A DNA stretch of 63,951 nucleotides, the filler included, from Lenisia limosa (taxonomy: Eukaryota; Protista; Breviatea), in NCBI GenBank assembly GCA_001655205.1. It is 10 parts of 10 records of this genome, joined end to end, with 100 filler letters (N's around TTAATTAATTAA, not from the genome) between each part and the next. Parts side by side here need not be neighbours in the genome. Positions count along the whole stretch, not along the records: positions 34,774 to 36,736 come from LPNZ01010447.1; positions 36,837 to 41,241 come from LPNZ01006161.1; positions 41,342 to 43,375 come from LPNZ01006574.1; positions 43,476 to 53,490 come from LPNZ01010777.1; 6 more parts are not named here. One strand, written 5' to 3'. Positions within the stretch are counted from its first letter, which is position 1. Every line of letters starts with the position of its first letter. This document shows positions 35,190 through 48,028 of this stretch, one piece after another. A model generated the notes under the pieces. It did not search any database, was not told the DNA's origin, and was given only the letters and a program-made list of their open reading frames with translations. The position numbers were made by a program, and so were the translations under genes.

Positions 35190-38100
35190 TCTACAAGTAG
35201 AATCGGGGTGGCAACGGGTGACGTTGCAGCCGGTATACTAGGTTGGTTTGTTGGAGCGAAAATGGGTGGTTTGTTGGCCAACTTTTAAAAAAAACTTTTT
35301 TNNNNNNNNNNNNNNNNNNNNNNNNNNNNNNNNNNNNNNNNNNNNNNNNNNNNNNNNNNNNNNNNNNNNNNNNNNNNNNNNNNNNNNNNNNNNNNNNNNN
35401 NNNNNNNNNNNNNNNNNNNNNNNNNNNNNNNNNNNNNNNNNNNNNNNNNNNNNNNNNNNNNNNNNNNNNNNNNNNNNNNNNNNNNNNNNNNNNNNNNNNN
35501 NNNNNNNNNNNACCATTAACACATCGGCGCGTCTTGCGTCGCACTGCCAACCAGGCCAGGTCCTGATCTGTTCCAGGTCTCAGGTTGGGGGGATGGGAGT
35601 AAAACGAAGGAAATTTCGACCCAGAGTTGATATTGGGCTTTTTTTGTTTCATCAATTTTCCAATTTTACATTAGTACCTTAACACAAATATTGTTCATCG
35701 AAATTTCCTTCGTTTTATACCCCCCCCNNNNNNNNNNNNNNNNNNNNNNNNNNNNNNNNNNNNNNNNNNNNNNNNNNNNNNNNNNNNNNNNNNNNNNNNN
35801 NNNNNNNNNNNNNNNNNNNNNNNNNNNNNNNNNNNNNNNNNNNNTTCTCAAAGCAGTCAAAATCTCGTAGGGAAGGGGGTAAAAAGTGATTTATGAACCG
35901 TATGGGTCTTAAATGGGTTTCATATCCCGCACGAAGATAGAAGGTAAGGAGAGTAGATAAGAGATTAGAATTATTGTCAAGATTAAAAGGGGGAACTTAG
36001 GGCTTTGTGCAGATATTTTTTGAAGAAAATAAATGCTAAAATTGAAACTAAAGTGACTGAAATGGTATTCTAGGTACAATCCACTTGAAATTTTGAAAGT
36101 AATTTTCCAATTTAATGCACGGAGTTCGAGTATTTATGAATCTAGAAGTGGGATGTAGTTATTTTTTTGGACAAAGAAAAAGGTGCTTACATTTACACAT
36201 TTCCCCATCCTTGGGATCCTCACGTTTGCTATTTTGCAAAAGTCCGGCCGCATGGACTACCCGATTCTGAAATTCGCGCTGTTTTTTTCTTTCCTTATTA
36301 ATAGTAGTAGTTTGTAGTTAGGAGCAACACACTTTTGTGAGTGATTCACAATCGGGCAGTCCATGCGGTCGGACTTGCAGAATATTATAAATAGAGGATC
36401 TTAAGGGTGACTAAATGTGAAAGTGTGTGGCCATTTGCAATTTCAATTTTTAAAAATCCGGCCGCATGGACTTCCCGCAACTTTATGCGTATTGAACATG
36501 CATGCATGCCCGCATCTTCAAGCTGGGTGCGGATTTATAAGTGAATCCATGTGGCCGGAAGATGAACAACGCAATTGTAAATGACTCTTTATTTTCGCAT
36601 TTACTCACCCATGAGATCCTCCAATATTTAATAGGTAGTAAAAAGTCCGGCCGCATAGGCTGCCCGATTCTGCAATTTACGAGTCTACTTACTACTTACT
36701 ATAATACCCCCCCCCCACACACACACACACATTTACNNNNNNNNNNNNNNNNNNNNNNNNNNNNNNNNNNNNNNNNNNNNTTAATTAATTAANNNNNNNN
36801 NNNNNNNNNNNNNNNNNNNNNNNNNNNNNNNNNNNNTTATTAGTCTCAGCAAGGTTGTAAAGCACCTGTTTGCTTTGCATGAGCGCTTCTTCCACACGTC
36901 CTTCCACCAAAGCCTGTTCAGCGACAAGGTGGCCAAGGGTGTTCTGCAATGTTAATACGTTACTAGGAAGAGACCAAGTCCCCCGGTTATGATATTATAG
37001 GAATTAGTGCTCCCCTCTGTTGCAAAATATTTATTTGAAACACACAATTTAAAAGAGTATCATTTCGATTACCATATTTTCGAACCGAAGTGAAGCTCTG
37101 AGGAAGAACCCCAGACCTGTCCTAATCACATCCAGATAGTACCCATACAAACCGCTTGGACATTTCTAATTTTGAGGGAGTTATAGATGTCAGCTGCCGC
37201 CTCAAAGGAGCAGAGCATGTTGTAGATATAGACAAGAAGAACCTGGGGGGGGGGGNNNNNNNNNNNNNNNNNNNNNNNNNNNNNNNNNNNNNNNNNNNNN
37301 NNNNNNNNNNNNNNNNNNNNNNNNNNNNNNNNNNNNNNNNNNNNNNNNNNNNNNTAGCAGCAACAAGTGAAAGTGGCAAAAAGATAAAAAAAAAAAATTA
37401 AAAGGTAGCACACTCTTCAATTGGAGGGAGTGCTCTGCATCAAACAAGAAAAAGAAGTATTTTTTTACTTTCCTTGATTTTACCCCCCTCCCCCCACAAA
37501 AATTTCCGTTTACACTGCCCCTTTTAGTCTTAATTAGGGCTCCGTACAATTAATTGAAAAAAAATAGTTACAAAATTTGAAGTGAGACATATATTGTCAT
37601 GGGAACTCCATTTCAGACACCTTTTTCAAATGTTGTCAATTAATTTCTTCAAAATATTAATTGCACGGAGTTCTAGTCAAAAACTAAAGAAAGTATGCTT
37701 AACCTAGGACTTCACAACGTCAAGAAAAAAGATCAATAAACTCTCGAAATATTTCAATGATTGTTCAACAAATTCAGTCATTTTCTGGACAGGGTTGAAG
37801 CCCCAGCTGTAACCTGGTTAGCAAAACCCCATTTAGCCTAAAATTAAAGAAAACGTGCTGCATTAAAGTAGACAAAGCTCTCTGGCCTACTTTGTATCCG
37901 AAATGAAACTGACTTGAGCGAACACCCTCTGAAAGTACGGCTGCGGCATTGAAAAGATAATCCTGGTTATCTAGAGGGGGGGGGGAGGTAAATTTATGAA
38001 ACAAATATTCTTAAATCAACTCAGAAATTCCTGATTATATCCCCAATATACACTACATAATTAATATTATACGTACTCTACCATACCCTCGTTCAGAGCC

Positions 38101-41100
38101 TTATTCAGTAAAACACCAGCCGAAAGCATGACCAACGCGTCACCATAGCCTCTTTCCTAAAGTGTGAGAATGTGGGGCGGAGATGGATATAAGAGAGATA
38201 TTGGAATATTAAATTGATATTAAACATACTACATATACATGTAGTATATCATCATATTGGGGAGGCACGCAGAAAGCTGTGTGCACAGAGTTGTAAGGCA
38301 AATGATTGGGTGAATTCNNNNNNNNNNNNNNNNNNNNNNNNNNNNNNNNNNNNNNNNNNNNNNNNNNNNNNNNNNNNNNNNNNNNNNNNNNNNNNNNNNN
38401 NNNNNNNNNNNNNNNNNNNNNNNNNNNNNNNNNNNNNNNNNNNNNNNNNNNNNNNNNNNNNNNNNNNNNNNNNNNNNNNNNNNGAATATTGTATAATATC
38501 AGATGTATGAATATTAACATAATAAATGACATACGACTAGCGGTTCGAAAAATACTGGTAAAATATCGATAGTTTTCGAGGTTTTATCGATAAATCCAGT
38601 CTGTTTTCGAACAGAAGTGAAGCCCTGCATATGACACATATTAAATATTGTCAAAGCTCCGAAATATCGACATAGTATACATGATATACTGTACATATAG
38701 TATAATATATGTAGCATTTGATGGTGACCCTCACCTTGGTAGCGTCATCTTGGGGTAAATTCGCCCATTGAAGATCACGGAAGGGCTTCATCAATTCCGA
38801 GCTAAAATGTAAGGAATACACATGCTCTAAAAATTAACGAGGATTATATTTAGGTGGTTCTCCAGGATATCGAGGATTTATTGAAGATTTTTATGAAAAA
38901 TTATCGAGGTTTTAGTGAGGATTGATTGAGGACTCAAGGACTCGGATTTAAAATTAAGAGTTTATCAACCCTCTTTACGGCGTAAAGAGTGTTTATCCTT
39001 TCTTTGCTTAATAGTAAGTACAATTAGGTCTTCACTTCGGTCTGAAAAATACCTGTAAAAAATCGATAGTTTTCGATAATATCTAGAAATTAAGCCTATT
39101 TTTGAACCGAAGTAAGCCCTTATGACAATCATTTCCAATACTCACATTGAAGGAAGGGGAACAGCCATCATTGCCAGAACCTAAAGCGTGATTCTTTTTT
39201 CAGTAAAGTCTCTATGAGGCTGAATTGTAAAAAAAGAAAAAAACCCACAGAACAGCAACGACAAACAACAAGCATAATGTAAAGGGTTTGTTCTTGGGTG
39301 GGAGTGGATGGTCATTTCAACCAGAGAAAAAAGTTGGGATTCCCATTATTTACATGGAAATCCTAGGAGTTTTGTGGTACTTCCTGAGATTCCCAAACCC
39401 TACTTGGGAATTGCTGGTTGATGTACCGTAGGCATTCCATAAATGGAAGGTTTTCACTCAAACTCGAGACCAAAAAGCGTTGATTTGGTTATTTCCATTT
39501 CACCCCCTGACATATGACTTCATACAGATACAAACAACTCCTACCCCCCACCCCACATAACTATATACAACTGTAAATAATATACTATGATATACCTTGA
39601 TAATAATTACGACCCCATGTAATTAATATTTTGAAGAAAATAATTGATAAGATTTGAAATTAAAGTGATTCAAATTTAGTTTACATTTCAATTTGTCGTG
39701 CTTCAAATTTTGCAATTATTTTTTCAATTAATTGCATGGAGCCTTAATGATAATAAGATATTTCCCATTCCACCCCCCCCCCCNNNNNNNNNNNNNNNNN
39801 NNNNNNNNNNNNNNNNNNNNNNNNNNNNNNNNNNNNNNNNNNNNNNNNNNNNNNNGCGTCATTTTAGAGAATCATTTATTTTAGAAAAGTGAAACAGTCA
39901 AAACTGGCTCTTTTTTTGGCGCCTCCACTCATTATCGAAATTTCCTTCGATTACCCCACCCTACTCACCTGCTTCTTTTGAACTTTGTCGTCGGTTTTAG
40001 CGATCATAAGATCATCATTGGGGATTGTGTCACGGATAGTCCTCGTAATTCTTGGGGGTAGGTAATACAATATACTTAGATATAATTATGTATGTATATA
40101 TATCTTATATCGATATAAAATAATATGATATATTTTAGGGGTTGGTTATATCGTAATCCAAGGAGGAGGGGTATATGATGATTAAAGTTTCCATATCACT
40201 ATGACAAAAAGTACAAAAAAGCATACTTTTGTCTTTCAACAAAACAAAAAATGTCACTAATAATAACCAAATAACAAACCAAAGCCCACTTTTCCTTGCT
40301 CTCTGATGAAAGACCCTCAAGGTACTTCTGAACATCAGCGGCAATGGGATTCTGTGATAGTCTGGCTTGAAGATAGGTGCACACTAAAAAATAAGGGTTG
40401 TAGAAAAAAAAAAAAGTTGTATCTGGCTGAAGCCGTCCACACCATCAAGCTTATAAGAGATATTGGATTATAACATATAATACTTGGCTGCCGTGCAATA
40501 AATAACTCTACAATTAATTGAAATTGTTTTTATTTTGGAAAAAATAATTGCGGCAATTAGTTGCAATTAATTGCTTTTAATTACCAACTAATGGCCACCA
40601 ATTAAATTGCACTCTCTTTCTGCAACCAATCAATTGGCATTTTCAACAGTTTTAAAAAATAATGACAATAGATTGAAAATTGTGGGTTGTTTGACAATAT
40701 ATAAAACAACGGTTGTGCCCAACGAAAAATACGGATTTATTTTAAAATTAATTGCAGCTGTCAGTCAATTAATTGCACGGCACCCTGAATATTGAGGTAG
40801 GAATACTCTGCGAGTTNNNNNNNNNNNNNNNNNNNNNNNNNNNNNNNNNNNNNNNNNNNNNNNNNNNNNNNTCCTCGATAAATTCGATATTTAACTGGTC
40901 TTTTTCGGATCGTAGGAAACAAAAAAATGAAGATGTATCAGCTCACATGAATCGTCGTAGTTTTGGTTGAGTCTCCATTTCAGTTCGATTTCGGCAAGGT
41001 ATGGGGCACGACTATGTTGGATTAGTTGGTTGGGGAAAGAGGGAATTGATGAGAAAAAAGAAGCCACAGTCTACACCCCCTAACGGAGGTTTCACGGAGC

Positions 41101-41178
41101 TTCCCTCCTGCTGCTTCATAGCCTGGTCATTTTGGACGGATTCTATGAAGACGGCCACATCCTCAACAGTTGTGCCAC
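35190..41178 (-). CDS. NAA25: NatB auxiliary subunit NAA25/MDM20 (partial; ends unresolved, crosses a linker)
   Basis: Spliced: ERGYGDALVMLSAGVLL..LFNAAAVLSEGVRSSQFHFGYK|VLLVYIYNMLCSFEAAADIYNSLKIRNVQA|NTLGHLVAEQ and DQDLAWLAVRRK, matching the NAA25 'LLLVRIYCMLGAFEPVVDLYSSLDAKHIQHDTIGYL' region. Confidence 0.72.
36000..36127. mobile_element. MITE-B
   Basis: TA|GGGCTTTGTGCA..TGCACGGAGTTC. Confidence 0.6.
36235..36675. repeat. Cluster of five direct and inverted copies of AAGTCCGGCCGCATGGAC(T)RCCCGATT
   Basis: Copies at about 36235, 36347 (inverted), 36453, 36546 (inverted) and 36640; a solo copy at 6374-6410. Confidence 0.7.
37537..37673. mobile_element. MITE-B (type copy)
   Basis: TA|GGGCTCCGTACAATTAATTG..ATTAATTGCACGGAGTTC|TA. 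Confidence 0.75.
38541..38625. mobile_element. MITE-A, left end clipped
   Basis: CGGTTCGAAAAATACTGG..TTTTCGAACAGAAGTGAAGCCC. Confidence 0.7.
39027..39119. mobile_element. MITE-A
   Basis: TA|GGTCTTCACTTCGG..TTGAACCGAAGTAAGCCC. Confidence 0.75.
39611..39744. mobile_element. MITE-B
   Basis: CCCCATGTAATTAAT..CAATTAATTGCATGGAGCC. Confidence 0.6.
40486..40785. mobile_element. Long MITE-B-related element with multiple AATTAATTG units
   Basis: GGCTGCCGTGCAAT..AATTAATTGCACGGCACCC. Confidence 0.55.
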
Positions 41179-41369
41179 CTAGTGGTTTGGGGAGGGGTGA
41201 AAATGGAAATTAAACAAAAAAAAAACCAAATCAACTCTGTTNNNNNNNNNNNNNNNNNNNNNNNNNNNNNNNNNNNNNNNNNNNNTTAATTAATTAANNN
41301 NNNNNNNNNNNNNNNNNNNNNNNNNNNNNNNNNNNNNNNNNTATATTGTTTTTGATTGTTTTCGAGCGC

Positions 41370-43226
41370 TCTCAGCCCCACCCTTGTTTCGCAATATCCT
41401 CAAACATTCAGCCCGTGTCTCTGCTGCTCTATGTGGTAATGTGTGCACCCACCCTTCTGACCCAGTCTTCGAGCATCCCCGCTTCCCTGATACAGATACA
41501 GAAATCGTGGGGGGGGGGGGGTACAGACATTTAATAAAATGTTATACCATCGCGATTGAGCGTCTTAAATATGATTATTTGAAGACTAACATTATCAGGT
41601 CTCTCAAGCTCCTGTTTGCACATTTGCAGCGCAAGCAGCCAAGTGTCTTCCTTCTCGACACCCTGCTTACCTTGATCACACACCCGGAAATGGTGTTGAC
41701 GTTCGGTTCCAAAGCATTGCGACAAGAGGCGGTCGGGGAATGCATCAAGAGGCTCATTGAAGGCGGGCTCATTGACGTCATTACGGAGGTAAGGCGGTCT
41801 TGTTGAGAACGGTTTTGGTATCCGGAATCGGAACCGGATCTTTGCTTTTTGTTGATGAGTCGGATCCGGGTACCCGGTAACATAGCCCTCCCTATTCCCC
41901 TCCTTACACTCAAGATAATTATCCCCCTGTCTTACACTCAAGATCATCGCGACGTTTCCGCTGGATTCGCCCCACGTCAAGTCTGTGATGAACGTCAGCC
42001 TGCGCATTCTCAGCGTCCTCACAACAGTGGCCAGCAAGCCCAATATCAACACTGTTGTCAACAAGCTTGCTGTGGCCCCCGCATCCTTGCCTTATTTGGA
42101 TCCTGAGGTGGGGGTTGTGGGTTGGGCTAACAATTATGATAAAGGATGTGATATGCCAATAACAAACATATTTACCGTTCCCATTGTTTTTGTTGTTATC
42201 AATCCTNNNNNNNNNNNNNNNNNNNNNNNNNNNNNNNNNNNNNNNNNNNNNNNNNNNNNNNNNNNNNNNNNNNNNNNNNNNNNNNNNNNNNNNNNNNNNN
42301 NNNNNNNNNNNNNNNNNNNNNNNNNNNNNNNNNNNNNNNNNNCAGTATGCGTATCGATATACTGCTACTATTATTGTGGTCATTTAAAGTTAAACTCCTC
42401 AGCTTCCAACACTTGATTGTTTTTGTGTTTTTTTTTAAAAGATTTGCCAATAACCTCCCCAGGACCCTCATCACGCCTGTCCAAAGCAAAGCGCCTCGAG
42501 TGTGTCCCGAAGTCCTCCGTCCCCCTTCCACACCCGGGTCGTCAAGCAGAATCCAGGCAGCTGTGGCCCCAGGCCTCCCGTCAATTGCTCAGGTATTTGG
42601 GAGTTTTCGTATTGCTCATTTATTTGGTAGTTTTCCTGTTGTTTAGGTTTGGAGGAGATGAATCCGTCCACACCATAACGTTTGTATTTTATAAGTGTTC
42701 ACAACCAGAGCTTCTTCACACCATAGTTGCCGCCACCCTTTCACACCAGTCTATCCATAAACAGTCCATCCATAAACAGTCCCTCTATCAATAACCCAAC
42801 CCCCCTCACACCCCGTAACACTGCAGTCCCTCACCCTGCCGCTGGAGCCCGAGAGCGCCTGGGACACCCGTCCGTTCGCTACCATCAACACCGCCAATAG
42901 CAGCGAGGTGGGAGGCGTGGTAACTCTTGGGATAAGAGGTTCACTTGAAACAAGGATTTTCAGTAGATATATCAGTGGAAAGCAGTAACCTCTTTTTCTT
43001 CTCACTTGCTTCTTCAAACATTATTTGTGTTTTATATTCCAGGCTTTCCAAGAAGAGAACAACAGCGATTATGACATGAACGTGGGAGGTGTAAAAGGCT
43101 TTATTTGTTCATTCCTTTCCATAACCGGAAATAACGCGACCACTTTTCACCTCGTTTCATCCCCTCTTTTTATCCCCGCAGGATTCCGATCGTCCAATCG
43201 ATGCGGAGGGCCAATTGGCTGAAAAC
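41370..43226 (+). CDS. HUWE1/Tom1/UPL1-like E3 ligase internal fragment (between two linkers)
   Basis: KRLIEGGLIDVITE|IIATFPLDSPHVKSVMNVSLRILSVLT resembles the conserved 'MIDGG..LTSILQVIDLDHPDAPK..ILKSLETLT' block, followed by acidic low-complexity exons. No HECT domain in the window. Confidence 0.58.
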
Positions 43227-43475
43227 GTGGGGGGGGGGGCATCATGAGCTTATTATATTCAGCAAATGAAAGCAAGAGTTATTATTAACACTGATACGGA
43301 TCATTGAAAGCAAGGGTTTGGTTAAATGCTTCAGCAATTGAGTTGATATTTGTTTTTTTTTTCTATTATTATTATNNNNNNNNNNNNNNNNNNNNNNNNN
43401 NNNNNNNNNNNNNNNNNNNTTAATTAATTAANNNNNNNNNNNNNNNNNNNNNNNNNNNNNNNNNNNNNNNNNNNN

Positions 43476-43582
43476 AAATGATAGGGTGGGAGCAGTATTG
43501 CACTAAATGATGGGGTGGGAGCAGTAATACACTAAATGATGGGGTGGGAGCAGCAATACACTAAATGATGAGGTGGGAGTAT
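43476..43582. repeat. 29-bp tandem repeat, about 3.7 copies
   Basis: AAATGATGGGGTGGGAGCAGTAATACACT units. Confidence 0.85.
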
Positions 43583-43653
43583 TAAGAAGTGGGAAAGGTG
43601 TCAGTAACAAGGTTAGGCAACAGACAGTGATGTTTCATAATAGCAGCATACAC

Positions 43654-43735
43654 AAGAGGACAGTCGGACATTGCCTTTGGAGTACTCTTGGTAAATAGAT
43701 GTCGCAGGGAGTCCGCATTCAATACAAATCACCAT
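43654..43735 (-). CDS. ARV1: ARV1-like protein, exon 1 (rest lost at linker)
   Basis: MVICIECGLPATSIYQEYSKGNVRLSS(C) followed by a GT donor; matches the ARV1 N-terminal CIECxxxxxxLYxxY zinc motif. Confidence 0.7.
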
Positions 43736-44354
43736 TACGAACAGTCCTGTTTAGCCTAGATTGTGATGGGAGCTAGAAATTTGAGCACATAGAGAATTCC
43801 AAGCCCACAGAAGCAATTCTCTTGTGTAGGAAACAAGGTCAAGGTTCAGCTGCCGGAATTATGTCTTCTTGTAGCCTGACCCTGGCTTGACACATTAATT
43901 GCAACGTTTTGGTTACACGGCCAGAGAGGTGTAGTATTATGCAATTCGATTCTGCACTATGTGTCTTCGGCCGCTGTTACTGCTTGGGGAGGTTGGCAGA
44001 GAATGAAGAGTTTTGGGACTGGGGAGGTTCGAGATAAGCAGACGCTATCTGAAAAAAATCAACGCAATATCTATCTCCTTTGTTCCCTCTGCTTTGTTTG
44101 TTGTATATATCAGTAAATATAATTAAATATGCTTTGTGGCTAAAGAAGGAAGACAAAATCTAAAAATTTCCTGAAACTAAAGTGAGTTACGGTAACCGCA
44201 CCCCCCCTAACTGCCCAACCAACAACACACAAACAAACACAACAGCGCAACACACGCACACAACCTCGCAGCAAGAAATTACGCCACAAGGCACCACGAA
44301 TAGTTCTTTTCTGTTCTTCAAATATCATCATATCATATTGTAACATTTTGGCGC

Positions 44355-44910
44355 TGCAGGAGGGCTATTCATCTCCGTGATTTGTTTGAGCCATGAAGGC
44401 GGAGCCAGGGGAGACACACGGAAAGTGGGCCATGTTGTGGTATTTTCAAATGACACAATCTTCACCTGTCTATCATGCCACGAATTAATTGCTCTCTACC
44501 TTCACCTATGTTTCATTATCTTCCACATATCATGAAATAGTGATCCACCACCTCTTCTACATCTCCTCACTCAATAGCGCTATATCTCACGGACTCTTCG
44601 AGGAGCAATACAACCAGGAGAGACAAGCTCGTAATGAGCTGATCATTCGTGACTTCTACGATGCCCTCTTTGCTGAAAGCTTCGACCAGTCTGCGATTAA
44701 CAGGCTAAAGAAACTTGAGAAATCTATTGTTGGTCAGGATTACTCAACATTTCTCAATATGAAAATACAACTTCTATATTGCAGTTTTTTGATTCAAGAA
44801 TGAAGGATATTTCTGTCATCTGCCAGGCTGTGTTGACTGTTCAGATTTTGCCGAAGACCAGGGGTTGCCTTTGTCAAGGCGATCGAGACCTTCGCCCGGA
44901 GCCACTAAAC
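44355..44910 (+). CDS. Hypothetical protein exons
   Basis: Coding-like exon about 44577-44735 (LFEEQYNQERQARNELIIRDFYDALFAESFDQ..) flanked by smaller spliceable exons. Confidence 0.35.
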
Positions 44911-45085
44911 TCTTTTTTATCTGACTCTGATGACGATGTAAGCTGAGATTAGTATAAGCTGTGTTTTTGATGATGCTGATGTAAGCGTTATGATACCGTG
45001 TGAGTTTTAAATTGGATTTTGGTAAATTTAAGTAAATTGAGGAACCTTTGATGTAAACCGGCTTTTTATTTTCTCCAGACTAACT

Positions 45086-47918
45086 ATGCACAATGGGAAG
45101 CCCCCCCTGAAGCCTCAAGTGATGTGCCATGTCAAGGAGGTATGTTGGACTGTGTATATTCAAGTACCATCGCCTTAAGGCCTTCCCCGTTTTCCAATAA
45201 TCCAAGGAATTTCCTCAGGAACATGATCCAAATTGGGACTTTTAGTACTTTTTTTCTCATTTTGTGCTGCATTATTTTCTTTTACAACTAATTGACTAGG
45301 TTCAATGCTGGAGCATCTTATTTTGGAATGGAGGGACCGCGAACCTCAAATTGGGTATGTTGGCCATCATCCAGTGTTCATGGAGTTGTAGACAGATTAT
45401 TGGTTTATGTAATTGGATAGTACATGTCATGTATAATTTAATACATCACATGTAGTTATAGATGATATGTTTTGTACCCTTTTCAGTATTCTTTTTACAA
45501 GGGTGGAAGGAACCAAAACATGTATTATAATACATTACATGAAGTCTAATATCATAAGCTTTGTAGATAATCTTATCATATTTATTGTATCTAACAATGC
45601 TTTCGTTCACATTGTAGAATCCAGGGGCACCGAGTGGAATCCTATGTGAATATAGACACCCCAGCAGTGGCGCCACCCCAGGCTGGGCATGAGGAAGTCT
45701 TTGCTGAACATCACAGTGACCCTTCTCATTCTTCAGCCCAGGGTATGTTGGTGTCACTCTTTCTGGAATGTTGACCCATAAGTGGTTTTTGGTTTCAGTG
45801 CCAGACAATATGATGGCTTTGCTTATGCGTCTCTCAGTATCTTCTTCTTATTGGCACCTTGACCGCCTAGCTCCTCAATGTGTCTCCGGAATTGTATCGA
45901 TCAAGTCCGATGCCAACGATATTCAGTACCTGACCAGGCTTCTGACCTCAAGGCTTCTGACCGACCTTCGGCCGAAACTCGCAACTGCCCTCTCACTAGC
46001 CTCGAAAATCCACGAGCCTTCCGGTACGTTATCACAGCAAGTACTAGGACACAATCAATGAAAGAACTCCTTCAAACACAATTGTCGAATGTTTTCTCGT
46101 GTCTTTTTGTTCACCATGTCATGATCTCTTCGTTTGTTTTTCTAAACGTTTTTTTACAAACTCACCTCCTGTAGCCCTTTGTATGACCCCGCAATCGTTG
46201 TCCTTCCACTCATCTCCCGTCTCAACAAATCGCTCCGGCAAACGAAAAAGCAAGAACCTTCAAGACTCGCCAAGGGTTTGCCTGTCCCTGGATTTAGATA
46301 TTATATTCTGAGGAGCAGATTGAAAGCTGGAGCGGCGGTATTTTCCATCATCTTTTATCAACTTTCTCGTTATTTCTTGACCATATCTGGACCTTTTCTC
46401 CGCAAAGTTAGATTGTTTTGATAGAACTTTTGGAATTAATTGCAGATGAATAAGGTGATTCGGTCAAAACTTCATGATTTTAATAACGAGCAGGCTTCGC
46501 AAACCCCACCCCACTCACCACATAGTTTGCCGACCTTCCGCCCCCAGGTTTTAATAATTCGCTGGGCTCAATGATCTCCGTTCGTGGTATCCCGTCGAAA
46601 CCTTCAAGAAAGATTGCCTCGTCAAAAAGCGTTGTTTTTGATGTCAGTTGGGCTGGTCAATTGTTTCGATTCTGTCAACTCATGAAGCGTTATATTTAGA
46701 ATCTTTCCCTTTTGGATTTAAAAACGAATAATAAATAATACTATTCTACAATTGTTTTGAGACAATTATAGGTGGACGGCCTCCATATACTATCATGTGA
46801 TTAATGTAGAAGAGATGAGAAATTTAACAAGGCTGTTCATATTATACGATATGTTATGTTTGTCTCTGATGACCTCCCAGAGTCGACCTGTTTGGCGTAC
46901 ACCTCTGCCGAATATTATGGGGTTGCATATCAGTGGCGATGGAGTCGGTGCTATACAAGAGGTCTGTCTGATGGGGATTTATTGAAGTTATATTTTGCTT
47001 TTGGAATTTTTTATTATTCACTTCGTTCAATGTTTATTATTGAAATACCGCCGCCCCCCTCTATTCTCACTCAATAGAATCCCCCAAAAGAGCCAACTCT
47101 ATCCCTTCGGCCAAAAGTGTTGCCCCAAATCCAGCCTAAGCCAAATAAAGAACTTCTACTGCAGATATCGTCCAAAGGCCGAGTGGGTTTCTCCAACGTG
47201 TTCTTTTTTATCTTCGCTTAGGTTTTACTGTTTTTCTGTTTTTAACCGGAACAACAAATTAGAATTTTCAAGTTAATTATTTGTGATTTGATCAGCTGTT
47301 TTGTTCAAACATTTTCCTTCTTTTATTTCCTTTGAACCCCTCCATATTCTGTTGAACCCCTCCATATTCTGTTGAACTGCCCCATATTCTGTTGAACCCC
47401 TCCATATTCTGTTAAACCCCTCCATATTCTGTTGAACCCCTCCATATTCTGTTGAACNNNNNNNNNNNNNNNNNNNNNNNNNNNNNNNNNNNNNNNNNNN
47501 NNNNNNNNNNNNNNNNNNNNNNNNNNNNNNNNNNNNNNNNNNNNNNNNNNNNNNNNNNNNNNNNNNNNNNCTGTTGAACTGCCCAATATTTTTAGGGCTC
47601 TGTGCAATTAATTTTTTAAAAAAATGACAAAATTTGGAATTAAAGTGCCTGAAATTGAGATTACATTATACAATGTGGTACTTCAAATTTACAATTATTT
47701 TTTCAATTAATTGCACGGGGCTCTGGTTATTTTGTTCTGTTGAAGTCGCGGGTGCTAATGTTCAGACTGGAGCCCTGGAGCCCCGACCCTACACCGCCAG
47801 GGACACCCGAAATCCTCGCAGCCGTAATCAGATCCGATCCGGGAGCTCGCTAAAGGCAAAAAAGACCCTTGATTTCCAGCCGAATTTCTTGGGGCTGCAA
47901 GGGAGGGGGTACAGCTAA
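45086..47918 (+). CDS. Multi-exon hypothetical protein
   Basis: GT/AG-bounded exons, e.g. about 45799-46023 (VPDNMMALLMRLSVSSSYWHLDRL..), about 46548-46690, and a last exon ending ..QGRGYS* at 47918. No family recognised. Confidence 0.45.
47332..47590. repeat. 20-bp minisatellite TTGAACCCCTCCATATTCTG (gap inside)
   Basis: At least 6 visible contiguous units before the gap and one after. Confidence 0.9.
47595..47723. mobile_element. MITE-B
   Basis: TA|GGGCTCTGTGCAATTAATT..AATTAATTGCACGGGGCTC. Confidence 0.75.
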
Positions 47919-48028
47919 GTAGGTCGGCTTCCTCTTTGATTTATTTAATGTTATGATTTAATATAGGAACTGTATTTGTACTTGGCTGGTGGAAGAAACA
48001 AAGGAGGTATGCATAAGGAAACCATTTA

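Noticed and set aside
47332-47590. Regular short repeats suggestive of a CRISPR array (also 43476-43582)
   Set aside because: Units are head-to-tail with no unique spacers, no cas genes are present and the context is eukaryotic introns.
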